Shown here: positions 45,604 to 54,688 of the stretch, in pieces
Position numbering within the stretch: position 1 is the stretch's first letter
Layout of the letters: each line of letters opens with the position of its first letter
Sequence record: NC_004629.1
DNA: 64,000 bases
Reading direction: 5' to 3' (one strand)
Program-made: the position numbers and the translations under genes
The notes under the pieces: model-generated
What the model saw: the letters and a program-made list of their open reading frames with translations, nothing else
Told to the model about the DNA's origin: nothing
Databases searched by the model: none

Positions 45604-45804
45604 ATGGATCGTCTTGATGAAAGAATCGCATTCAGTGTAAAGTCGTACAAAATTTTCAATGCTCTCTCCCATGGCCGAGTTCGGGCATTGATTATTAACT
45701 TTAAAGATGGTAAGGGTACGATCGTATCTATTAGTGATGATCGCCGCCATGATAAACATCTCTGGTTCAACTGTGGACTAGTAGACAATCCGAGGATCAA
45801 GTAA
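45604..45804 (+). CDS. Hypothetical protein (66 aa)
   Basis: GAGGA RBS; TAATG-coupled to thyA. Confidence 0.6.
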   Translation: MDRLDERIAFSVKSYKIFNALSHGRVRALIINFKDGKGTIVSISDDRRHDKHLWFNCGLVDNPRIK

Positions 45805-47270
45805 TGGAACAATATCTTAATTCAATCCGTTTAGTTAAAGAACACGGTGTACATAAAGGTGACCGTACTGGTACTGGTACTCAGAGCATGTTTGGTCAAC
45901 AAGAACGTTATAGTCTGCGTAATAATCGGCTACCAGTTGTAACCACCAAGAAGATTCATCTAGCTTCTGTAATTCATGAATTGTTCTGGATGCTGTCAGG
46001 TGATACTAAGGTGGATTACCTGATCGCTAATGGTGTACGCATCTGGAACGAGTGGGTTAAACCTGAAACCGCAGTATATGAGCCGATGACCGATGAGGCC
46101 GTTCTTAAAGCAGTAACTGCCCTCATTGGTGCCCCATTCGTAATGTACTTACATTGTATGAACGATGACTCTACTCCATTCATTGAGACTGTAGCGGAAT
46201 TCGAGTCGGGTATGACTCCAGAGACTATTCAGGCCTTCTGGGATGAATATCCAGTTAACCGTGAGGAAATCCAATACATCATTGGAGTTAGCGTAACGTC
46301 GTGGAATAGGTTCGCTACTGAAGGGTTCGATGAAGCCAAAAATCCTGAAGGTATTCGTGCTGAATATAACAAGCGACTGTATCGTGCTTTGATGCATAAA
46401 GAACCAGAGCGTCTGGTCGGCGGCGATCTAGGTGCTGTTTACGGTAAGACATGGCGTAATCTTGAAGACACTCGTGTAATCCCTAAATATGAGTGGTTTG
46501 ATTATGAGAAGCGTGGTTTTGACTTCGTGGCGGATATCCCAGGTACAACCATGGAAACCGATAGATGCGTGGTTACTCGACGTATCGACCAAATCCAAGA
46601 CATCATCGATCAACTTCGCACCAACCCGGATTCTCGTCGGATCATTGTTTGTGCATGGGCGCCACATCTTATTGATGAGCAGGCACTCCCACCTTGCCAC
46701 GCATTTATTCAGTTCTGGACCCGTGAACTGACCGTAGATGAACGAGTGCAAGCTCTAGACCAAACCCAGTTCGAAGCTGATGCTTATCATGATAAGATTA
46801 GTGGTGAGATTACTCGTGGTCAACCTCCATTCGATAGTGCTGAGCAGGTTAAAGCACTTCTGCGTGTCTGTCGTGGTTATGAAAAGGCTACAGATGAAGC
46901 AGTAGTAGAATGGCTGGATCAACATGGTGCTCCGAAACGAGCCATCAGTTGTCAACTCTATCAAAGATCTTGTGATACTTTCTTAGGAAAACCCTTTAAC
47001 ATCACGTTCTATAGTCTGCTGACTCACATGTTAGCTAACCAAATGAATATGATTGCTGAAGAGTTTATCTGGACTGGTGGTGATGTACATATTTACTCTA
47101 ATCACCAAGAACAGACTGATCTTCAATTAACTCGTGAACCGAAGGTTCTACCAACTATTCGTTTCAAACAAGAAGCTATTGGTAAAGATATTCGGGAAAT
47201 TGGTGTAGATGATTTTGTTATCGAAAACTACGAATATCATTCACACATTGCTGGTAAAGTTGCTGTCTAA
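45804..47270 (+). CDS. thyA: Thymidylate synthase with large insertions (488 aa)
   Basis: GDRTGTGT, HELFWMLSG, IWNEW, GDLGAVYG, PDSRRIIV, ALPPCH (catalytic Cys), YQRSCD.FLG.PFN, GDVHIYSNH. Confidence 0.96.
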   Translation: MEQYLNSIRLVKEHGVHKGDRTGTGTQSMFGQQERYSLRNNRLPVVTTKKIHLASVIHELFWMLSGDTKVDYLIANGVRIWNEWVKPETAVYEPMTDEAVLKAVTALIGAPFVMYLHCMNDDSTPFIETVAEFESGMTPETIQAFWDEYPVNREEIQYIIGVSVTSWNRFATEGFDEAKNPEGIRAEYNKRLYRALMHKEPERLVGGDLGAVYGKTWRNLEDTRVIPKYEWFDYEKRGFDFVADIPGTTMETDRCVVTRRIDQIQDIIDQLRTNPDSRRIIVCAWAPHLIDEQALPPCHAFIQFWTRELTVDERVQALDQTQFEADAYHDKISGEITRGQPPFDSAEQVKALLRVCRGYEKATDEAVVEWLDQHGAPKRAISCQLYQRSCDTFLGKPFNITFYSLLTHMLANQMNMIAEEFIWTGGDVHIYSNHQEQTDLQLTREPKVLPTIRFKQEAIGKDIREIGVDDFVIENYEYHSHIAGKVAV

Positions 47271-47277
47271 CATAAAT

Positions 47278-47295
47278 GCCTCCCTTTGGGGAGGC
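47278..47295 (+). terminator. Intrinsic terminator
   Basis: GCCTCCC-TTTG-GGGAGGC then TTTATTT. Confidence 0.85.
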
Positions 47296-47403
47296 TTTAT
47301 TTCCCTATGGTTCATTTGGGATATTCAGCGAATACTACTATGCACAGACTCCTGCCTAGTGGACCGATGTAGTACGTAAATACAATACAAAGGAATTTGT
47401 CCT

Positions 47404-47811
47404 ATGAACAACACTGAACTGAAGCGTCAACTTGAAATGGTTATTGAACTGATGGGGGTCTTTCCTGATCCTCTCACGATCGGTATCGCCGGTAATAGAG
47501 TAACCAAAGAAACTCGCTGTAGCCTTTTTAACGGAAAAGATCCAGGTGAAGAGTTTAGTATTGGTCTTGGTATCAGTAGTCGCAAGCAATGGTTGAAGCT
47601 TGCAGATCATGCACTGATTCTTACTAAGCCCGAGAAAGAGCCTATTGTCATCCCGTACGAGGCTATATGCGAACTATCGGCACCACTGAAATTCGAAGAG
47701 GAACTTGTGAGCAAAGGTTGGTTTGTATACAACTTGCTGGGTACATCGATGTTCATGTATCTGGACACAGGTAAAGAAGAAAAACTCAAATTTGAAAAGG
47801 TTGGTGGATAA
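47404..47811 (+). CDS. Hypothetical protein (135 aa)
   Basis: AAGGA RBS; coupled to the next gene. Confidence 0.75.
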   Translation: MNNTELKRQLEMVIELMGVFPDPLTIGIAGNRVTKETRCSLFNGKDPGEEFSIGLGISSRKQWLKLADHALILTKPEKEPIVIPYEAICELSAPLKFEEELVSKGWFVYNLLGTSMFMYLDTGKEEKLKFEKVGG

Positions 47812-48644
47812 TGGATCAACGTCATCCAGTTAACGATGAGATGCGGGTAACGATTAATGTAGAACTAGACCGTATCGAAAAGAAATATGGTGTAAAGATT
47901 ATTTATGCTTGTGAGTCCGGTAGTCGTGGATGGGGCTTTGCTTCAACCAATAGTGACTATGACGTTCGTTTCATTTACGTTAACCATCCGAGTCATTATG
48001 TTCGTGTGGATAATGAAGCACGTGATACTATTGAAGAGATGGTGTCTAAAGAACTAGACCTAGCTGGTTGGAGTATCACTAAGACTCTTCAGCTTGCTTA
48101 CAAGTCTAACCCCACTCTCTTGGAATGGCTAAACTCCCCAATCGTTTACCGTAAGGTTGATCGGGACTACAAGTTAATCCGTGATGCTGCGCTAAAGCAC
48201 TTCATCCCTGAATCGAGTTACATGCATTATATCTCGATGGCCAAACAAACCAAAATGCGTTGGTTGTCAGATGAGAAAGTCCGGATGAAGAAATACTTCT
48301 ATTCTCTTCGTCCTCTGTTGGCTGCAATGTGGGTCCGTGAAAGTCTGGAACATCCACCGATGGTATTCCATGATCTACTGCCTCTTCTAACAGATCCTAT
48401 CCTTTATAAACGTATCCAAGAACTGGTTAATGATAAGGTTGGGGCTACTGAACAGGATCTGATAGATCGTTGCCCTATATTAGATCAGTTCATCGATTTT
48501 CAATTGAGTCGTGAGAAACCAGACTTCGGTAAATACGAACGTCCGGACATCTATGCACTTACCGATCTAGCCTGGCATTTTGTTGACCAGTACAAGATCG
48601 ACACATTCGCGAAACTACAGGGCATCGAACGAAGAAAATATTAG
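47811..48644 (+). CDS. Pol-beta-superfamily nucleotidyltransferase, RlaP/YcgL (PF10127-like)
   Basis: IYACESGSRGWGFASTNSDYDVRFIY, DLAGWSITK, KSNPTLLEWL.SPIVY, KKYFYSLRPLLAA.W. Confidence 0.88.
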   Translation: MDQRHPVNDEMRVTINVELDRIEKKYGVKIIYACESGSRGWGFASTNSDYDVRFIYVNHPSHYVRVDNEARDTIEEMVSKELDLAGWSITKTLQLAYKSNPTLLEWLNSPIVYRKVDRDYKLIRDAALKHFIPESSYMHYISMAKQTKMRWLSDEKVRMKKYFYSLRPLLAAMWVRESLEHPPMVFHDLLPLLTDPILYKRIQELVNDKVGATEQDLIDRCPILDQFIDFQLSREKPDFGKYERPDIYALTDLAWHFVDQYKIDTFAKLQGIERRKY

Positions 48645-48693
48645 TCAATAAAGAAAAAAGTTTAATACCATCTTATTAAAAGGAAAATATTTT

Positions 48694-49194
48694 ATGCTAT
48701 TTAAAGATGAACTATGCATCGAAAATATCTTAGTAAAAGAAAAACTATATCTAGTTAAAAATATTGGTCGGACTCGTGAGGTATATCCTAATCCAGAAGT
48801 AATGTATAAGGATATTAAGAAGTTCACTAAAACGTATGGTGTGATTCCAATGCAGTTCTTAGGGCCACTACTTCATGAAATCGTTGAACGAGAAGATTTC
48901 GCCCTAAGAGAAAAAGAAGCACAGAAATTCATTGATAATAATCCTTATACTTTAGTTGAACCTATCGGTAATATTCATCTTGACTACGTTATTCGTAATT
49001 ATATTATCCCAACTACTACTGATCCAGATTGTAATAAATTCACTATTAATCTTTATAAGTATAAAGAATTTTTAGAAGAGGTTACTAATAGGTTAAACAT
49101 GCGACCTTTTTGGGCTGGCTGGATGCCTAATCGTAATTACTTACTGGCGATGCGTGAACGTCTACTTACCATCCAGGATATTGTGGAAAATTAA
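48694..49194 (+). CDS. Hypothetical protein (166 aa)
   Basis: AAGGA RBS. Confidence 0.7.
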   Translation: MLFKDELCIENILVKEKLYLVKNIGRTREVYPNPEVMYKDIKKFTKTYGVIPMQFLGPLLHEIVEREDFALREKEAQKFIDNNPYTLVEPIGNIHLDYVIRNYIIPTTTDPDCNKFTINLYKYKEFLEEVTNRLNMRPFWAGWMPNRNYLLAMRERLLTIQDIVEN

Positions 49195-49293
49195 TGAAGT
49201 TTAGAATGTTAAAAGTTAATGTATTCAATTTACTCTACTACATACTTTACCCTACTCCATATTGGGGTAGGGGTATTAAGGTGGGGTATAAAT

Positions 49294-49587
49294 ATGTCAA
49301 GCAACAAACTATCTGCACAACTTAATCGTCATCACAATACTCGTATAGTTAATTATTATGTTTCACTAGCCGCGAGTCGTTATAATGACACTAATCCTTC
49401 AGCAAAGGCTAAAGGTAAATGGCGTAAACATAATCCGTTTAACTGCGGTAGGTCTCGTTGTATGCTATGTGGTAATCCGCGTAAACATTGGAATAGGATT
49501 ACTCTTAATGAATTAAAAATAAATATTTCATTAAAAGAGCAACTCAATGATCTTTATGTAGATTATACTACGCTGGCTGAGGATTAA
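49294..49587 (+). CDS. Small basic putative Zn-binding protein (97 aa)
   Basis: GKWRKHNPFNCGRSRCMLCGNPRKH; the ATG after AAGGTGGGG is preferred to 49219. Confidence 0.65.
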   Translation: MSSNKLSAQLNRHHNTRIVNYYVSLAASRYNDTNPSAKAKGKWRKHNPFNCGRSRCMLCGNPRKHWNRITLNELKINISLKEQLNDLYVDYTTLAED

Positions 49588-49658
49588 ATTATGCATGAAG
49601 AATATGAAGCAATTTAATAGTTTAGATTAACCATTCGAAATAAATTTGGAATTAGCAA

Positions 49659-49781
49659 ATGAAAGTTAAAAATAAGCAACAGCCTAAGTTTGTCAATCTA
49701 GCTACTATGCAAGCTGCTTGGCGGCTTAATAATGCAGAACTCAAAGCTAAACGTGAAGCTAAAGAGAAACAAAAAGAGTAA
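49659..49781 (+). CDS. Small basic protein (40 aa)
   Basis: MKVKNKQQPKFVNLATMQAAWRLNNAELKAKREAKEKQKE*, followed by terminator 49798-49826. Confidence 0.5.
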   Translation: MKVKNKQQPKFVNLATMQAAWRLNNAELKAKREAKEKQKE

Positions 49782-49868
49782 AACTATTTAGTTGCATAAA
49801 GAGAGAGGATAAATTCCTCTCTCTTTTTATGTTGTTTTATAATTTGTATACTACAGGTATATTTCAAT

Positions 49869-50285
49869 ATGGAATCTTATTTACACATACCACTACTGAA
49901 TGCAGCTATTCATGCAATGCATAATGAAATGATGCGTATTCTATCATCGAAGTATTCTTTAAATAAACTGCCGCAAATTTTAAATAAAAAATACTATATT
50001 GGGGATGATGTATTTTTTAATATAGCTTGTAACATGGTGAATCATACGCCTAATTTAATTACAACTACAATTGAAGTTGAGGCATACATTCCGGATTTAT
50101 CCATATCTGAATATATGTATCGCTTTATTCTTTCTAACACTTATATAAAAAATAATGATCTAATATCAATAGCCAATGGAACTATTCAACTAAGTATTAA
50201 AGATAATTATGAACTAGATAGAAATATCCTAACTGATATGTTTGTTCTTTATTCTCAGATCACTGAACCTAAAGAGGATTTTTAA
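49869..50285 (+). CDS. Hypothetical protein (138 aa)
   Basis: AGGT RBS. Confidence 0.65.
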   Translation: MESYLHIPLLNAAIHAMHNEMMRILSSKYSLNKLPQILNKKYYIGDDVFFNIACNMVNHTPNLITTTIEVEAYIPDLSISEYMYRFILSNTYIKNNDLISIANGTIQLSIKDNYELDRNILTDMFVLYSQITEPKEDF

Positions 50286-50286
50286 G

Positions 50287-50769
50287 ATGATTGAGCATTT
50301 AAATAAAGATAACTTCTTTTCATGGGGTGCTGTAGTAGGCGGTGTGCTATTACAGTATTTTGAAAATGGTAAACTTGAAGGTGGGTATGATATATCTAAA
50401 TTCAGTGATTATGCCAACGGCCTAGTTATTACAGGTGGTATAACTCATCGAAAAAATATCGGGATCCTGAGTGGTCAAGGTGATGATGAAGATCTGTTTT
50501 TAGTATTTGTCATAAGTAATACAGATAGTCCACATGTTGTATGGTATTATGATATTTATAAAGATAATGAAGGTATTTGTTTTACAAATGCTTCGCCTAC
50601 TAGTGGTCGTATTTTTAAATCAAATACTGATGAAAATAATGACCTGTCGATAAGTCAATTACTTAAAGTAGTTAAATACTTAGTAGATGAACGAGTTCGT
50701 TTAAATAAAAATATAGTTAATTCATCAGGTTATGAAATCATTGAAGAAGATAAAGACTTTCAACTATAA
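50287..50769 (+). CDS. Hypothetical protein (160 aa)
   Basis: GAGGA RBS; ATG right after the upstream stop. Confidence 0.7.
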   Translation: MIEHLNKDNFFSWGAVVGGVLLQYFENGKLEGGYDISKFSDYANGLVITGGITHRKNIGILSGQGDDEDLFLVFVISNTDSPHVVWYYDIYKDNEGICFTNASPTSGRIFKSNTDENNDLSISQLLKVVKYLVDERVRLNKNIVNSSGYEIIEEDKDFQL

Positions 50770-50792
50770 TAGGTCTTTTACAAAGTTACCAT

Positions 50793-50862
50793 AAAGTCCT
50801 CCCTTCGGGGAGGCTTTATATTGTGTTTTTTTGTATTCAAATGTATTTAAACAGTATATTAC
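50793..50862 (+). promoter_or_regulatory. Terminator (50793-50817) plus class B early promoter (TATATTAC 50855-50862)
   Basis: TTTGTATTCAAATGTATTTAAACAG-TATATTAC. Confidence 0.8.
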
Positions 50863-50898
50863 ACATATGAATTCAATCTTGAAAAAAGGAGATATGTC

Positions 50899-51228
50899 AT
50901 GAATATGTCAACTATTTCCACTGGTGTTCTGGTACTAGGTGGCATCGCATTTGGTTATCATCTTTTTGATGGGGCGCGCTCCATTTACAAAGAATGGTCT
51001 ATGGAATACATTTACAAAAAGCAAATGGCTAAGGTAAAGGAGCAGCTTACCGAATATGAAAATAAGTATGTTGAGATTCCATCAATAGCTGAAATAAATA
51101 TCTATATCGAACCAGTTCTAACTGAAGCTTTAAATAAACTTGATCGGTATAGCTACAGCTGCTTCTTACATGATGTCGAACAGTACATCGAGTTTATTAT
51201 TGATAATTATCGTGTAGTTAATCGATAA
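50899..51228 (+). CDS. Early single-gene unit, N-terminal membrane anchor (109 aa)
   Basis: AAGGAG RBS; ISTGVLVLGGIAFGYHLF hydrophobic segment; flanked by a promoter and a terminator. Confidence 0.8.
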   Translation: MNMSTISTGVLVLGGIAFGYHLFDGARSIYKEWSMEYIYKKQMAKVKEQLTEYENKYVEIPSIAEINIYIEPVLTEALNKLDRYSYSCFLHDVEQYIEFIIDNYRVVNR

Positions 51229-51240
51229 TAAGAGCATATG

Positions 51241-51294
51241 GCCCTCCCTTCGGGGAGGGCTATTGCACTAAATTTTATTTGAGATATATATTAC
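51241..51294 (+). repeat. 45-bp terminator+promoter cassette, copy 2 (TATATTAC 51287-51294)
   Basis: 51241-51285 is identical to 35802-35846. Confidence 0.9.
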
Positions 51295-51339
51295 ATGTGT
51301 GTATTACAAAATCAAATTAATGTGTCGAGGTTTTAATAG

Positions 51340-51777
51340 ATGGACGTAGTTACTAACATTTGGGAGGACGTTCTTACGAACGTGCATCACAAACTAAAGG
51401 TAATGGCCACTACTGCTGGCGATGTCATTCATACAGTGGAACCCAAATTAAATGAAATGATTAAATCGAATATTAATCAACTACAGACAGAAAGGTATAG
51501 TCTTAGTTTAAACAAAACTAAAGACAATAAATACTACGCAAAATACCATGATAATCATCATGGCTGGGATGTTTATTTATTTGTTGAACAAACTAGGTAT
51601 GGGGCTATTGTTGGTAGTGGGTTACGCCATCGTGCTAAAGAAGCTTGGGGGCTTAATAAATTCAGAGAATATAATCTTATCAAAGTAAGGTGTACTCGAC
51701 AAAATAGTGTTGTTGATAGTATTGTCTTCTTCGATGATCCATCTGAATATTTTCTTAGAGCTGTAAATAAATTTTAA
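51340..51777 (+). CDS. Early hypothetical protein (145 aa)
   Basis: GAGGT RBS. Confidence 0.75.
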   Translation: MDVVTNIWEDVLTNVHHKLKVMATTAGDVIHTVEPKLNEMIKSNINQLQTERYSLSLNKTKDNKYYAKYHDNHHGWDVYLFVEQTRYGAIVGSGLRHRAKEAWGLNKFREYNLIKVRCTRQNSVVDSIVFFDDPSEYFLRAVNKF

Positions 51778-51797
51778 ATTAACTAAAAGGTAAAAAA

Positions 51798-52694
51798 ATG
51801 AATAATCTACAAGTTAATACCACTATTAAAGAATTACATAAACTTCTAATCTGTAATATTATTGATGGTAAACTAATTGAATATAATGACATTGTGAAAG
51901 AACTGAAAATTACTAATGATGAATTAGATAATCTACTAATAGCTATTTCAAAGTTATCTGATACACCAATTAATAATATCTTTAAATCGCTTTCACTAGC
52001 GATTGATCTACGTACGATTACACCCGTCATTGAAAAACTTAGTAATTCTACGAAACTATCTAAAAAAGAAATCCAACTAGACCTGTTAACTAGTTTAGGA
52101 ATAAAAGATAATTATTTTTCGAATAGTTGCACTAACGTGTATCATGAACTAAGTGATATTATCAAAAAGCTTGAACATAGTGATAAACTATATCAAACAG
52201 ATTATCAAAACTTTATTATTGATAAAGTAACTAGTCATTTTAAAGATGTATTGTATTCGGCTGGTTATGCAATCAGTGATATTTATAAGTACACTGATTC
52301 TAAAGTAGTTAATGTAGATAAAAATGGACTATTGATAGGTATGAGCATTACCAATTATAGCTTCCATAATAAGGATGAACCAATTAGGACTATTGGTTTT
52401 TCATTAATTGATAAAACCGAATGTTGTGTTGGAAAATCTGAAACTATTAAAAAGTTTGATGTTGAAGATTTTCTTAATGCAATGGATACTATCAATATTA
52501 ACCCTACTTCTATTATTTTTTCAAACCAGTATCGAGAAAAAGACTTAGCCATTCATAATGGGATCATGAATGAATTTAAGGTGAACAAGATTTCAAATAA
52601 TACCCGTGATAATATAGTATCTTACTATATTGACATGATGGGACATAACTGTATTATCTCATTTAATCACAATGGGCTCCTATTAAAAATTTAA
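51798..52694 (+). CDS. Hypothetical protein (298 aa), very AT-rich
   Basis: AAGGT RBS; helical N-terminal half and beta-rich C-terminal half. Confidence 0.75.
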   Translation: MNNLQVNTTIKELHKLLICNIIDGKLIEYNDIVKELKITNDELDNLLIAISKLSDTPINNIFKSLSLAIDLRTITPVIEKLSNSTKLSKKEIQLDLLTSLGIKDNYFSNSCTNVYHELSDIIKKLEHSDKLYQTDYQNFIIDKVTSHFKDVLYSAGYAISDIYKYTDSKVVNVDKNGLLIGMSITNYSFHNKDEPIRTIGFSLIDKTECCVGKSETIKKFDVEDFLNAMDTININPTSIIFSNQYREKDLAIHNGIMNEFKVNKISNNTRDNIVSYYIDMMGHNCIISFNHNGLLLKI

Positions 52695-52751
52695 TAGAAT
52701 ATTAATTAAAAATTATCTTATGTAGTTTATCTAATTAAGGAAACAAAAAGA

Positions 52752-53108
52752 ATGCCAACTTATATTGAATTAATCAATATTGTCAATGATGATACTCCTG
52801 TAGATGATGCAGTTATTAGTGATCTGATGAGTCAAATGAATGATAAACAAACTGTTCTTGACAGTTGTCGTATCAATCATAAAGGCTATGCTTATTTTAA
52901 GTTCCATGTTAAGGGATCAATTAGTAAGGATAAACTTAAGGCTCTAAATGAAACTTTAAAAGATTCTAATCTTGTTGTGACTGATGCTAGTACACAACGT
53001 GGTTTCATGCCACCTAATAAGTTTGATGATATCACTTATACTGAAGAGAGTGTTGGTTATAGGGCAATGGTCTGGACAAGCTTCACTATTGAAAAGCTAC
53101 TTGTATAA
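52752..53108 (+). CDS. Hypothetical protein (118 aa)
   Basis: AAGGA RBS; terminator 53110-53129. Confidence 0.75.
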   Translation: MPTYIELINIVNDDTPVDDAVISDLMSQMNDKQTVLDSCRINHKGYAYFKFHVKGSISKDKLKALNETLKDSNLVVTDASTQRGFMPPNKFDDITYTEESVGYRAMVWTSFTIEKLLV

Positions 53109-53158
53109 TAAGAGCCCTTCGGGGCTCTTTCTATTTCGCAATTAGGTATCTGTATTAA

Positions 53159-53593
53159 ATGGATAAGTATCCTATTCTACAAGCTATGTCTAAAGAAGAG
53201 GCATTTAGACTTTTAGACATACAAGGTGAGTTTAGAAAAACTCAAATGAAAGAAAGGTATTGGAATGAGGAAACTGGTCTATGGTGGTGGGAACAACATC
53301 CCGATGTGAAATTAAGGATAGTTGCCGCCTGCAATAGATGGAAGGATGTTTATTTCATTGCAGCGAGGCATTCATCAATCATAATGACTCAACAACAGCT
53401 AATGTATGGTGGTCTTAAGGTATTGCATGAATATGCAGGAGATGATCATGAACAAGGTTTTATTGATCAGTATGAAAACTTCCACTCTAGGGAAGAAGCA
53501 GTAATTATCGCTAAGAATAATAATCAGTTATATCGAGCTGAATTAGAAAATAGATTAGTAACTAAATATTTATTTAGTGAAGACCTATATTAG
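53159..53593 (+). CDS. Conserved phage protein with RH / QGF / SREEA / SEDLY motifs
   Basis: IVAACNR..IAARHSS..EQGFIDQYENFHSREEAVIIAK..LFSEDLY. Confidence 0.75.
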   Translation: MDKYPILQAMSKEEAFRLLDIQGEFRKTQMKERYWNEETGLWWWEQHPDVKLRIVAACNRWKDVYFIAARHSSIIMTQQQLMYGGLKVLHEYAGDDHEQGFIDQYENFHSREEAVIIAKNNNQLYRAELENRLVTKYLFSEDLY

Positions 53594-53623
53594 GTTTCCA
53601 ATAATTTAAATAGGAATATAGCT

Positions 53624-54280
53624 ATGCTAATGAATGAAATTATCGATATTCTAGAAGGAGGGAAAGAGAATATTCTCTTAACTAACCATCTAGGTAATGG
53701 CAAATATTCCAATGCGGGTAATGCAATGGCTGCATCATATGCCATTGCGGCACATACTGCTGTTGGTCAATTGCGAGATGGTTCAGGAAAACCTTACTGG
53801 CATCATTTATTACAAGTAGCTGAGATGGCGCAATTATTCGACCTATCTCACGCTGCTTATAAAGCAGCATGGTTACATGATGTAATTGAGGATACTGCTG
53901 TAACTGCTTCTGATCTAACTAAACTATTCTCAATCCCTGTTGTTAATTTAGTAACTGAACTAACAAATGTAACTTACGAAGGTAATCGTAAAACTAGGAT
54001 TAGTTTACAACATGAAAGACTTTCTCGCATTTCATGGAGTGGTCAATCTCTTAAGTTACTAGATTCCATTTCAAACATGTGGTCGATTGTTAATGATAAG
54101 CCTGATTTTGCTGAACTGTATCTGACTGAGAAAGCTCAACTAATCAGTAAGTTAAATAATTGTCACCCCGCTATTAAAGATCTGGCTATATCTGTTCTCT
54201 ATGGCAGGTGTACTATGGTTGGTGGGGATGCACTAAAAGAATATAATAAACTATTTTCTGATAATGAAATTGTATGTTAA
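53624..54280 (+). CDS. Mesh1/SpoT-type HD hydrolase (small alarmone hydrolase-like)
   Basis: RDGSGKPYWHH, AAWLHDVIEDT (HDxxED), VTELT and KLLDSISNM motifs of RSH hydrolase domains; no synthetase domain. Confidence 0.85.
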   Translation: MLMNEIIDILEGGKENILLTNHLGNGKYSNAGNAMAASYAIAAHTAVGQLRDGSGKPYWHHLLQVAEMAQLFDLSHAAYKAAWLHDVIEDTAVTASDLTKLFSIPVVNLVTELTNVTYEGNRKTRISLQHERLSRISWSGQSLKLLDSISNMWSIVNDKPDFAELYLTEKAQLISKLNNCHPAIKDLAISVLYGRCTMVGGDALKEYNKLFSDNEIVC

Positions 54281-54298
54281 AATAATTACTTAATATAC

Positions 54299-54365
54299 AC
54301 CCTCCCTTCGGGGAGGGTTTTATTTATCTTTTTTTGTATTTAAACTATTTAAAAAGCTATATTAC
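54299..54365 (+). promoter_or_regulatory. Terminator (54299-54318) plus class B early promoter (TATATTAC 54358-54365)
   Basis: TTTGTATTTAAACTATTTAAAAAGC-TATATTAC-AAATATGA. Confidence 0.8.
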
Positions 54366-54398
54366 AAATATGAATTTAATAACCAAGAGGGCAATACA

Positions 54399-54662
54399 AT
54401 GACTGAACGTTTGAAATCCGTATGGTGCGCTTGCAGCTTACTGCGTGAACGCTGGAGACACATCCAAGACATTGCTGTCGGGGATGAACATCATGTCATA
54501 GTAAAAAACGATATGCTGATGGTGTTTCGTGGTCAAGTACCGGTAGGTAGCATGTACCGGGGTGACAGTGACCCACTCATCTACGAGGGTGGTGCACTGG
54601 AAGAATTTACTAAAGTTGTATTGGATTTAGAATTCAATACTCGTGGTGAAACCAATAGTTAA
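54399..54662 (+). CDS. Early hypothetical protein (87 aa)
   Basis: GAGGG RBS; first gene of the operon. Confidence 0.7.
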   Translation: MTERLKSVWCACSLLRERWRHIQDIAVGDEHHVIVKNDMLMVFRGQVPVGSMYRGDSDPLIYEGGALEEFTKVVLDLEFNTRGETNS

Positions 54663-54688
54663 TAAAATTAATTTTGAGGTAATTCATT

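Noticed and set aside
46060-46945. Inteins or introns as the explanation for the ThyA insertions
   Set aside because: The frame is open throughout, with no Cys/Ser start plus His-Asn end, no LAGLIDADG blocks and no group I core.
49262-49287. G-quadruplex from clustered G-runs
   Set aside because: The first two G-runs are explained by pairing with CCCTACTCCA (49250-59) and the last by the RBS.
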